From an uncultured Blastochloridaceae bacterium (GTDB taxonomy: Bacteria; Verrucomicrobiota; Verrucomicrobiia; Methylacidiphilales; JBCBYL01), in contig CAYTLD010000001.1 in the NCBI GenBank assembly GCA_964438585.1, positions 1 to 38,117 on the forward strand: a DNA stretch of 38,117 nt, read 5' to 3'. The notes beneath the pieces are model-generated. The model was not told the DNA's origin. It saw only the letters and a program-made list of their open reading frames with translations, and did not search any database. The translations under genes and the position numbers were made by a program. This document shows, one piece after another, positions 18,293-26,329 of this stretch (positions within the stretch are counted from its first letter, which is position 1; each line of letters begins with the position of its first letter).

Positions 18293-19996
18293 ATGTTAAC
18301 ACAGCCCCTATTTGAAATGGCCCAAAAAAGCGGCTGCCTCGACCGTGAGAAATGCCAGACCCTGATCGAACAGGCGATCGAGCATCAGGAATCCCCGGTC
18401 AACGCCGTGCTCGATGCCCAACTGGTCAGTGAAGAATCCTTTCTGCATGAATTGAGCGAGTTTCTTTCCATGCCCTGGTGGAATGAGAATGAGGCCCACA
18501 TCCCGCCGGAAGTGCGCGATGCCTTTCCCATCCGGGTGGCCGCCCGTCACGCCCTCCTGCCACTCCGGGGGGAGGATGGCACCCTGCGTATTTTTACCTC
18601 CGATCCCTTTGATCTAGTTTCACACCAGGCCGTCGCTCAGGTCATTGATGAAGAAGTGGAGTGGGGCATCGCGCCGCGGGGTAAAATTCTCGAGTGCCTG
18701 AGAGAAGGATACGGAGTCGGAGCCGACACCTTCGAGCAAATTATCGAAGGCGGCGGAGGAAGCATGACCGAGGAGGACAGTAGTGAAAATATTACCGTCC
18801 TCGATGAAGATGACACCGAGGCCTCGATTGTCCGCTTCGTCAACCAGATCATCCGTGAAGCCCTTCAGCAGCGCGCTACCGATATTCATATCGAACCCAT
18901 GGATGAAGATATCCGAATCCGCTACCGGATTGATGGTGTTCTCAATGAAATCCCTGTGCCGCCCAAAATCAAGCTGCTGCGTGCGACGTTGATCTCACGC
19001 TTGAAAATCATGTCCAACCTGGACATTGCCGAGAGACGCCTGCCCCAGGATGGTCGTATTAACCTTGAGCTGGAAGGCCAGGCCATCGACGTCCGTGTCG
19101 CCACCATCCCGTCGATTTCCGGCGAATCCATTAGCCTGCGTCTGTTGCGGCAGGAAAAATTCGATTTCGAACTCCTGGGGATCGACGCCGATGATGAAAA
19201 AACGATCCGAGAATTGATTTCCCTGCCCAACGGCATTCTCCTCATCACCGGCCCTACCGGATCGGGAAAATCCACTTCACTCTATACCTTCCTCTCCGCT
19301 CTCAATACCAAGGATCGCCGGATTGTGACGGTAGAAGATCCGGTCGAATATAAATTACCCGGGGTGGTGCAAATTGCCGTCAAACCGGAAATCAAACTGA
19401 CCTTTGCCAGCGGGCTGCGCAGTATCCTGCGGGGTGATCCCAATGTCATCATGGTCGGGGAAATGCGTGATGTTGAGACAGCGGAAACTGCCATCCGGGC
19501 CGCGTTGACCGGCCACCTGGTTTTCAGCACCCTCCATACCAACGATGCCGTCGGCGGGATTACCCGGTTGATCGATCTCGGACTCGAACCTTATTTGGTC
19601 GCCTCATCGGTCCGGGCCTTCATCGCTCAGCGTCTGGTCCGTGTCCTCTGCAAGAATTGTCGGAAGCCCACCCAGCATTCGCGTGAATATCTCAAAGAAA
19701 TAGGTTACGAATATACCGGATCGGAAATTGTCTATGATGCTGGAGAATGTGCGGAGTGTCGTCACACCGGCTTTACCGGAAGAACCGCCATCTATGAAAT
19801 TTGTAAAATTTCACCCAAAATGCAGGATCTCATCACCCAGAATGTTCCCACCGGCGTTCTCAAAGATCAGGCTGCTCGGGAAGGGATGCAACCCCTCCGC
19901 CGTGCCGGATTCCGTAAAGTCGCACGGGGAGTCACCACCATCGAGGAAGTCCTCCGGGTGACGATGCTCGAAAACGAAAGAGACACCAGCAAGTAA
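18293..19996 (+). CDS. gspE: type II secretion / type IV pilus assembly ATPase (GspE/PilB family)
   Basis: 567 aa. N-terminal T2SSE_N-like region, Walker A GPTGSGKST, Asp box VTVEDPVEY, Walker B IMVGEMRD and His box LVFSTLHTND. Tetracysteine CKNC...CAEC. Confidence 0.9.
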   Translation: MLTQPLFEMAQKSGCLDREKCQTLIEQAIEHQESPVNAVLDAQLVSEESFLHELSEFLSMPWWNENEAHIPPEVRDAFPIRVAARHALLPLRGEDGTLRIFTSDPFDLVSHQAVAQVIDEEVEWGIAPRGKILECLREGYGVGADTFEQIIEGGGGSMTEEDSSENITVLDEDDTEASIVRFVNQIIREALQQRATDIHIEPMDEDIRIRYRIDGVLNEIPVPPKIKLLRATLISRLKIMSNLDIAERRLPQDGRINLELEGQAIDVRVATIPSISGESISLRLLRQEKFDFELLGIDADDEKTIRELISLPNGILLITGPTGSGKSTSLYTFLSALNTKDRRIVTVEDPVEYKLPGVVQIAVKPEIKLTFASGLRSILRGDPNVIMVGEMRDVETAETAIRAALTGHLVFSTLHTNDAVGGITRLIDLGLEPYLVASSVRAFIAQRLVRVLCKNCRKPTQHSREYLKEIGYEYTGSEIVYDAGECAECRHTGFTGRTAIYEICKISPKMQDLITQNVPTGVLKDQAAREGMQPLRRAGFRKVARGVTTIEEVLRVTMLENERDTSK

Positions 19997-20008
19997 CTGG
20001 CCTGACCG

Positions 20009-21256
20009 ATGCCCGAATTCCAATACATAGCCCTCAAGCCGGGAGGCGGGAAAGAAAGTGGTATGCTTAACGCCGGGAACCGTGCGGAAGCACTGACCCA
20101 ACTGGGACGGAAGGGCCTCCGGCCGATGAAATTAGGCGAGGCCGGAGACGCCAGCCTGGTCCGGGAAATGCGCAAGGTCCGCAAAAGCGGTGATGAAGAT
20201 GAGCCCGTGCTCAACCGCTCAGAACTCCTCTACTTCACCGAGGACATGGCCGACCTGCTCGAGAATGGGCTACAACTCGAGCCCGCCCTCGCCATCCTCG
20301 AGAAACGGCAGCAGAACAAACGGGTCAAACTCATCACCAATCGACTCAGAAACTATGTGCGTGATGGCGGCAGCTTCTCCAAGGCCCTGCGCGGTGCCAG
20401 TAAAAGTTTCTCCGACCTCTACTGCAATATGGCCGAGGCCGGAGAAATCAGCGGCACCCTGCCGCATATCCTCCGACGCCAGGCAGCCTACCTGCAGGCC
20501 ATCAACGAATTGCAGTCCAAGGTCATTTCCTCCCTGATGTATCCGGTAGTGCTCATCGTGGTCGGGTTTGGCCTCCTAATTATCTTTGTCACCGTGCTGA
20601 TTCCTAACTTGCTGACCCTGTTCCAGAAGACCGGCGCCGCCATGCCATTCCTGACCCGAATGCTCTTTTGGTTCAGCGAGACAATTTACGGCTACTGGTG
20701 GCTCATGCTCGCCGTTGCTTTGACCGCCTTCTTCGGTTTCTGGGCTTACGTCCGAACCCCGGAGGGCCTGACCTGGTGGCATCGCAATCAGTTAAAAATT
20801 CCGCTCCTGGGAACCGTCCTCAAACAGCGGGCTTACACCCAAATGTCTTTCACCCTTGGCACCCTCGTCACCAACGGCATTCCCCTCCTCAAGGGAATTG
20901 AACTGATGAATCGCGCCAACCCGAATATTTATTTCCAGCGGCAATTCCGTGATATCCATGCCATGGTCGAAGAGGGAGGAAGTTTCAGCCTCGCCCTCCA
21001 AAAGCGCGATATCCTGCCCGGCACCCTCGTGGACATGATCGCGGTCGGGGAGCAGACCGGTAAGCTGGGAGAGACTCTGCTCAAAGTATCCACCCGCCAG
21101 GAACGTCTCCTGCTCCAGAGTATCGAGCGCCTAACCGCCATCGTCCAACCGGTCGTGATTATCTGTATTGCCGGATTGGTCGGGGTCGTGGCCTACGCCG
21201 TCTTCTCCGGAATATTCCAGACCATCTCCGGCCTCCAAAACCAGGCCGGCGGTTAA
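20009..21256 (+). CDS. gspF: type II secretion / type IV pilus platform protein (GspF/PilC family)
   Basis: 415 aa. N-terminus EFQYIALKPGGGKESG...ALTQLGRKGLRP is typical of GspF/PilC. Two repeated cytoplasmic domains and three TM segments. Starts 12 nt after gspE. Confidence 0.88.
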   Translation: MPEFQYIALKPGGGKESGMLNAGNRAEALTQLGRKGLRPMKLGEAGDASLVREMRKVRKSGDEDEPVLNRSELLYFTEDMADLLENGLQLEPALAILEKRQQNKRVKLITNRLRNYVRDGGSFSKALRGASKSFSDLYCNMAEAGEISGTLPHILRRQAAYLQAINELQSKVISSLMYPVVLIVVGFGLLIIFVTVLIPNLLTLFQKTGAAMPFLTRMLFWFSETIYGYWWLMLAVALTAFFGFWAYVRTPEGLTWWHRNQLKIPLLGTVLKQRAYTQMSFTLGTLVTNGIPLLKGIELMNRANPNIYFQRQFRDIHAMVEEGGSFSLALQKRDILPGTLVDMIAVGEQTGKLGETLLKVSTRQERLLLQSIERLTAIVQPVVIICIAGLVGVVAYAVFSGIFQTISGLQNQAGG

Positions 21257-21265
21257 AACGCTCCT

Positions 21266-21350
21266 CCCTCGCTCCATCCTCACCCTCGCTCTATCCCCAC
21301 CCTCGCTCCATCCCCACCCTCGCTCCATCCCCACCCTCGCCCACACCCTC
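21266..21350. repeat. tandem repeat, 5 x 17 bp (CCCTCGCTCCATCCCCA consensus)
   Basis: Units fall at 21266, 21283, 21300, 21317 and 21334. Units 3 and 4 are identical, units 1 and 2 differ by 1-2 nt, and unit 5 is degenerate. The repeat begins 10 nt after the gspF stop. Confidence 0.85.
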
Positions 21351-21400
21351 AACTACTGACCAACCCCACCCGTTCATCAAAACAAACATCTCCCCCCACC

Positions 21401-21444
21401 AATGTGCATTTAAGAGTTTCACGTGAAACTCTTAAATGCACATT
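21401..21444. repeat. 44-bp perfect loop-less palindrome
   Basis: AATGTGCATTTAAGAGTTTCAC|GTGAAACTCTTAAATGCACATT. I checked it base by base and found 22/22 complementary positions. Confidence 0.9.
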
Positions 21445-21453
21445 GCTCTGGCT

Positions 21454-21477
21454 GCTTGGGATGGTGCTTGGGATGGT
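21454..21477. repeat. tandem repeat, 2 x 12 bp (GCTTGGGATGGT), plus a degenerate third unit
   Basis: Exact copies lie at 21454-21465 and 21466-21477. The complement (CCATCCCAAGC) echoes the CCATCCCCA core of the 17-bp repeat on the other side of the palindrome. Confidence 0.6.
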
Positions 21478-21609
21478 TCTGGGTTAGGGGGAGGTGTCTT
21501 ATTTTTGCATTGCTCGCCTACAATTGAGAGCGAGAGGACAGATGGATCTGTATCAAAAACGTGAAAGGCATTGAAGTTAGGTGGTGTGCCGATATCTAAT
21601 TTACCCCAG

Positions 21610-22491
21610 TTATTTGGATTTGGGGTCGAAGATGTCGCGGAGGGCGTCGCCGAGGAAGTTGAGGGCGAGCAGGGTTAGGGCGAGGAAGAGGGCGGGGCCG
21701 GCCAGGAGCCACCAGTAGATTTCCACGGGATTGATCATTTTGGAGCCATCGGACAGAAGGGTGCCGAGGCTGGAGCTGGGGGCCTGGACCCCGAGGCCGA
21801 GGAAGCTGAGAAAGGATTCGGTCAGGATGACGGCGGGAATGGTGAGGGTGGCGTAAACGATGACGATTCCCCGGATGTTGGGCAGCAGGTGCTTGAAGAG
21901 CAGCCTGAGGAAGGAAGCTCCCTGGGAGCGTGAGGCCTGGACGTAGGACATTTCCTTGAGGATGAGGACCTGGCCGCGGACGATGCGGGCAATCGTCAGC
22001 CACTCGATACACCCGAGGGTGATGAAAATCAGGCCGACCCTCGAGTAGGAGAACATGACTTCCCAGTCGAGTGATTCCATCAGCGATTTCAGGCGTCCAT
22101 CGAAGGCGGCGATGACGAGGATGATGAGGATGACGCGGGGCAGGGAGAAGAGGAAATCGACCAGACGCATCATCAGGTTGTCAATTTTCCCGCCAGCCAG
22201 CCCGCTGGTCATCCCGTAGAGGGTGCCGATAGTCAGACTGATGGCGGCACCGAGGAGGCCGACGAGGAAGGAAATGCGGGCTCCCTCGATGGTGCGGGTG
22301 AAGACATCAAAACCGTTGATGTCGGTGCCGAACCAGTGTGCCGCCCCCGGGCGGGCAAATTGGGTATCGGTCATGACCGTTCCCTCATAAGGGGAAAAGA
22401 ACGGGCCAATGAAAGCGACGGCGAGGAGTATTCCCAACAGAGTCAGGCAGGCCGTGATGGTGGCTTTGGGATTTTTTCTGCGCACACTCAT
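21610..22491 (-). CDS. ABC peptide/nickel-type transporter permease (OppC/DppC-like)
   Basis: 293 aa, about 6 TM segments, binding-protein-dependent transport inner-membrane signature region (ASRSQGASFLRLLFKHLLPN). Its start overlaps the upstream permease stop by 4 nt. Confidence 0.85.
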   Translation of the reverse strand: MSVRRKNPKATITACLTLLGILLAVAFIGPFFSPYEGTVMTDTQFARPGAAHWFGTDINGFDVFTRTIEGARISFLVGLLGAAISLTIGTLYGMTSGLAGGKIDNLMMRLVDFLFSLPRVILIILVIAAFDGRLKSLMESLDWEVMFSYSRVGLIFITLGCIEWLTIARIVRGQVLILKEMSYVQASRSQGASFLRLLFKHLLPNIRGIVIVYATLTIPAVILTESFLSFLGLGVQAPSSSLGTLLSDGSKMINPVEIYWWLLAGPALFLALTLLALNFLGDALRDIFDPKSK

Positions 22492-23405
22492 GACAGGGTT
22501 ACCCTCCGGTCGAGGTAAGCAAAGAGGATATCGACCACCAGATTAAAGAGAACCAGCAGGGTGGAATAAATGGCGACACAGCCCGCGAGCAGGAAGGCAT
22601 CGGCATTAAAGACACTGCCGACGAAGAAGGGGCCCATGCCGGGAATTTTGAAAATTTCCTCGATGACGATACTGCCGGTCAGGACATTGGCGGCGAGGGG
22701 GCCGGAATAACTGACGAGGGGGAGGATGCCGACCTTGAGGGCATGGCGGATGTGGATGGTGGATTCGGTCAAGCCTTTGGCGCGGGCGGTGCGGATGAAA
22801 TCCTGGTCGAGCACTTCGATCATACTGGTGCGGACAAGGCGGGCGCAGTAGGCGCCATAGGGCAGACCGAGGGCAAGGGTGGGCAGAATAACCTGGACGG
22901 GACTGCCCCAGCCGGCGACGGGGAGCCAGCCGAGTATGAGCGAGAATAGGAGGGCCAGGAGCGGACCGAGAATAAAGGAGGGCATGCAGATCCCGACGAG
23001 AACCAGCAGCATGGTGCCCCGGTCCTGCCAGCGGTTATGATGGATGGCGGCGAGGGTGCCGCCGGTTATGCCGACGAGGAGGGCGAGGAGGAAGCTGAGG
23101 GTTCCGAGCGTGGCGGAGACGGGAAAGGTGGTGGAAAGGATGCCGGAGACAGTGCGGTTGCGATATTGTGTGGACGGACCGAGGTTTCCCTGGGCCAGGT
23201 TCTGCCAGTAGCGAAAAACCTGCTCCGAGAGGGTGCCATCGAGGCCATACTTTTTTTCCAACTGGGCCTGGATGGCGGGATCGAGGTTCTTCTCGCTGGC
23301 GAAGGGGCTGCCCGGCATCAGACGCACGAGCAGAAAGGTGACCGTGATGGCGGCGATGATGAGAGGGATGCTGATGAGCAGGCGACGAAGGATGAAATTA
23401 ATCAT
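22488..23405 (-). CDS. ABC peptide/nickel-type transporter permease (OppB/DppB-like)
   Basis: I place the start at ATG 23405 (MINFILRRLLISIPLII..., the typical OppB/DppB N-terminus; 305 aa). It overlaps the substrate-binding gene stop by 8 nt. Confidence 0.85.
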   Translation of the reverse strand: MINFILRRLLISIPLIIAAITVTFLLVRLMPGSPFASEKNLDPAIQAQLEKKYGLDGTLSEQVFRYWQNLAQGNLGPSTQYRNRTVSGILSTTFPVSATLGTLSFLLALLVGITGGTLAAIHHNRWQDRGTMLLVLVGICMPSFILGPLLALLFSLILGWLPVAGWGSPVQVILPTLALGLPYGAYCARLVRTSMIEVLDQDFIRTARAKGLTESTIHIRHALKVGILPLVSYSGPLAANVLTGSIVIEEIFKIPGMGPFFVGSVFNADAFLLAGCVAIYSTLLVLFNLVVDILFAYLDRRVTLS

Positions 23406-24975
23406 GGGGCTCCTCGATAAACATCTCGTTGATGGGGTGCTCGGCCAGGATGTTGGGGATGATGCCCTTGATGCGGCGGGCATCATAGAAGAGGGCGCCG
23501 ACGTAGTAATAAATGGGCAGGATGGGAGGATCTTCTCTCACCAGCAGGGTTTCGGCCTGGTAAAAAATTTTGGCCCTTTCGACCGGGTCGCCGGTCCGGT
23601 TGGCGCGGGCGATGGCTTGATCGAATTCCTCCCGGCTCCAGCCGGTGCGGTTGTTACCTCCGCCGGTGATGAAGCAATCGAGGAAGGTATTGGGGTCGGG
23701 ATAATCTCCCACCCAACTGGCCCGGGCGATGGAATATTCCAATTTATTCATACTATCGAGGTAAGTGGACCAGTCCTGATTCTGGAGATCGACCCGGATA
23801 TTGAGTTCCTCCCGCCACATGGCCTGGATTTCAATGGCGACCTTCTCGTGCATTTCCGATTTATTGTATAGAATCGAAAGTCGGGGGAAATTCTCACCGT
23901 CCGGGAAGCCGGCCTCGGCCAGAAGCTGCCGGGCCCGCTCGGGATCGTAGAGAATGCCATCCGGAGGCTGGTAATGATTCATGCCGGGGGGGGTGAAAGC
24001 ATAGGCCGGCTGCTCTCCGCCCATGGTGATTTTATTGACCACGCGATTTTTATCGATGGAGGCGCTGAGGGCCTGACGCACCCGCACGTCATCTAGGGGC
24101 GGGTGGGTGACATTGAACCGGTAGTAGTAGGTGCCGAGATACGTGTAGGCGTGGTAATCCGGACGATGCACCAACTGGCTGATAATATGCTGGGGAACCA
24201 TCCCCTTATCCATGATCAGGTCGGCCATGCCGGTGGCATAAAGGTTGAAGGCGGTGGTGGCGGAATCGACGATGAGAGAATCGACCCGATTCAGGCGCAC
24301 GTTGTCCGCGTTCCAGTAGTCCGGGCGCTTGATCAGGATAACGCGGTCGCGGATGCGCCAGTCGGCCAGAAGGTAGGCACCATTGGTGATGATATTTTCC
24401 GGAAGCGCCCAGGCATCCCCGTGGGTGCGGATGGCGCGCAGGGGAACTGGGTAGTAGGTCGGAAAGGCGGTCAGGTAGAGGAAAAATGGAGTGGGGGCAT
24501 TGAGGGTAACTTCGAGGGTGAGGGGGTCAACAACACGGATGCCGACCTGGGAAAAATCCTTCAATTCCCCTTTCCGGTAGGGCTGGGCATTTTTAATAAA
24601 GTCGAGGATATAGGCATATTCAGCTGCGGTTTCGGGGGTCAGCACGCGCTGCCAACTGTCATGGAAATCCTGGGCGGTCAGCGGCGAGCCGTCGGACCAG
24701 GTCTGGCCCTGGCGCAGGTGGAAGGTGTAAATGGTTTGATCGGCACTGATATCCCAACTGCTGGCCGCAGCCGGGAGGATGGTGCCATCGGCGGCATAGC
24801 GGGTGAGGCCCTCAAAAATCGCGCGGCAGATGCGCCCCTCTGATTGCCCGGTGATGAGACCGGGATCGAGGGATTGGGGTTCAGAGCCATTGACAAAGGT
24901 GAGGTCAGCAGGAGGGAGGGGCGATGAGCAGGCGGCGAGGATGAGTCCGGCCAGGAGAGACAGGTGGGCTTTCAT
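23398..24975 (-). CDS. ABC transporter substrate-binding lipoprotein, family 5 (OppA/DppA-like)
   Basis: 525 aa. Lipobox LAAC in the signal peptide. The length and sequence pattern (…YTFHLRQGQTWSDG…, …LNRVDSLIV…) are typical of family-5 binding proteins. Confidence 0.85.
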   Translation of the reverse strand: MKAHLSLLAGLILAACSSPLPPADLTFVNGSEPQSLDPGLITGQSEGRICRAIFEGLTRYAADGTILPAAASSWDISADQTIYTFHLRQGQTWSDGSPLTAQDFHDSWQRVLTPETAAEYAYILDFIKNAQPYRKGELKDFSQVGIRVVDPLTLEVTLNAPTPFFLYLTAFPTYYPVPLRAIRTHGDAWALPENIITNGAYLLADWRIRDRVILIKRPDYWNADNVRLNRVDSLIVDSATTAFNLYATGMADLIMDKGMVPQHIISQLVHRPDYHAYTYLGTYYYRFNVTHPPLDDVRVRQALSASIDKNRVVNKITMGGEQPAYAFTPPGMNHYQPPDGILYDPERARQLLAEAGFPDGENFPRLSILYNKSEMHEKVAIEIQAMWREELNIRVDLQNQDWSTYLDSMNKLEYSIARASWVGDYPDPNTFLDCFITGGGNNRTGWSREEFDQAIARANRTGDPVERAKIFYQAETLLVREDPPILPIYYYVGALFYDARRIKGIIPNILAEHPINEMFIEEPHD

Positions 24976-25700
24976 GATGAGCTAAAGCGTTTTTTCAGCC
25001 GGAGCAGGCCCCAGAGCATGGCCCAGGAATCACGGAGGAGGGAAATGTGGCCTCCGGGAACATCCTGCCAGTCGATGGGCTCCTCCCGGATCGGGATGCC
25101 GGAGCGGCGCAGTTGGTAGAGAAGTTCAACATCAAAGAGGAATCCGGATTCGCTTAAGTGATGCTGAACCCGGTAAAACCAGTCGGACGGCACCAGCTTG
25201 ACACCGCACTGGGAATCGTGGATGGGAATCCCTGTCACAAGGCGAACGATATTGGCGAAGAAGCGCCCGGCCAGATGGCGCAGGGGACTGCGCTTAATCG
25301 TTTTGCCCAGCAGGGTGATACGGGAACCGAAGAGGGCATGGTCCGGCTGAGACGCGGCCAGGCGGCAGAGACGTATCAATTCGCCAGCCGAAATGCTGCC
25401 ATCGGCATCAACAAATCCTAGGAGGTCAGCCTCGGGCGACATTTTCCATCCGTGGTGGATGGCCTTCCCTTTTCCCCGTCCGGAGGGGAGGTGTTCGATG
25501 GGGAGGAGGAAATAATAATTCTCGCTGAGGTGCTGGATGGAAGAGGTGAGCCGATCGATATCTTCCTGATCGGATCCGTTTTCAATAATCTGGATCGAGA
25601 TATCCAGGGCGCTGGCATCGATGGCGGGGAGGAGTGCTTCCAGATAACCTGGAAGACGTAAGCTCTCATTATAAGCCGGTATGACAAAATGAATCCGCAT
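24972..25700 (-). CDS. family 2 glycosyltransferase (polyprenol-phosphate sugar transferase-like)
   Basis: I place the start at ATG 25700 (MRIHFVIPAYNE..., 242 aa). DxD-type motif FVDADGS. The 83-aa Arg/Gly/Pro-rich extension in the track looks non-coding. Its stop overlaps the oppA-like start (ATGA). Confidence 0.8.
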   Translation of the reverse strand: MRIHFVIPAYNESLRLPGYLEALLPAIDASALDISIQIIENGSDQEDIDRLTSSIQHLSENYYFLLPIEHLPSGRGKGKAIHHGWKMSPEADLLGFVDADGSISAGELIRLCRLAASQPDHALFGSRITLLGKTIKRSPLRHLAGRFFANIVRLVTGIPIHDSQCGVKLVPSDWFYRVQHHLSESGFLFDVELLYQLRRSGIPIREEPIDWQDVPGGHISLLRDSWAMLWGLLRLKKRFSSS

Positions 25701-25717
25701 ATTGCTGGCTCCCCTCT

Positions 25718-26329
25718 TTAAATTTCCAGTTCTTCCGGGCGGATATCGAGGCACTCGTCGTGATCTTCCCAGACCACAGCCGGGAAGGTGTCGAGCAGGG
25801 GGGGGAGAATAGCGACGGGCAGAGCCTCGAGCATGGCCTGAGCCTGCATGGCGGTCTGTTCGAAAACATCCTCGTAGTCGCCGATGGCCTCCCGATGGGC
25901 TTCCTCCCAGTGGGCCACCTCGTGTAAATCGGCATACTGTTCCGCCCATTGGGTCAGGTGGCGGGCGACACGTGGGGGCAGGTCTTCCATTTCCACCCCG
26001 GTCGCCCCGCAGTGCTCACAGAGGAGCCCGTGCTCGATCACATCACGGGTCACGAGGGGCAGGAAGGGGGCATGACAGCAATTGGCCCGCTGGTAATTAA
26101 ATGGCAGGGCCACCAGCTCCCGCTTCCAAATCCCCCGGCGGTTGGCCTCCTGGGCGAGGAGACGGCAGACCCCGACGAGCGGGTGGGACAGTCGCCAGAC
26201 TTTGCCATGCAACTGCCCCAGGGTCTGAGAAAGCCAGCGCGCCAGGCTGATGTCGTCGAATTCCGCCAGACAACTGGCGTAGTGTTTCCAGAGTTGGTGC
26301 AATTCTTCGTTGGGATCTTCTCCGACCAT
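25718..26329 (-). CDS. hypothetical acidic Cys-containing protein
   Basis: 203 aa. Possible metal-binding residues at ANCCHAP and CEHCG, with an acidic C-terminus. Its start overlaps the upstream lptF/G-like stop by 1 nt (TAATG). No family recognised. Confidence 0.55.
   Translation of the reverse strand: MVGEDPNEELHQLWKHYASCLAEFDDISLARWLSQTLGQLHGKVWRLSHPLVGVCRLLAQEANRRGIWKRELVALPFNYQRANCCHAPFLPLVTRDVIEHGLLCEHCGATGVEMEDLPPRVARHLTQWAEQYADLHEVAHWEEAHREAIGDYEDVFEQTAMQAQAMLEALPVAILPPLLDTFPAVVWEDHDECLDIRPEELEI

Noticed and set aside
21266-21350. CRISPR array.
   Set aside because: The 17-bp units are directly adjacent with no spacers, and no cas genes are in the window. This is a simple tandem repeat.
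21131-21359. ORFs 21131-21352(-) and 21168-21359(+) spanning the tandem repeat.
   Set aside because: Their translations are repeat-driven low complexity (…PTLAPSPPSLHPHPRS…), and they overlap the 3' end of gspF.
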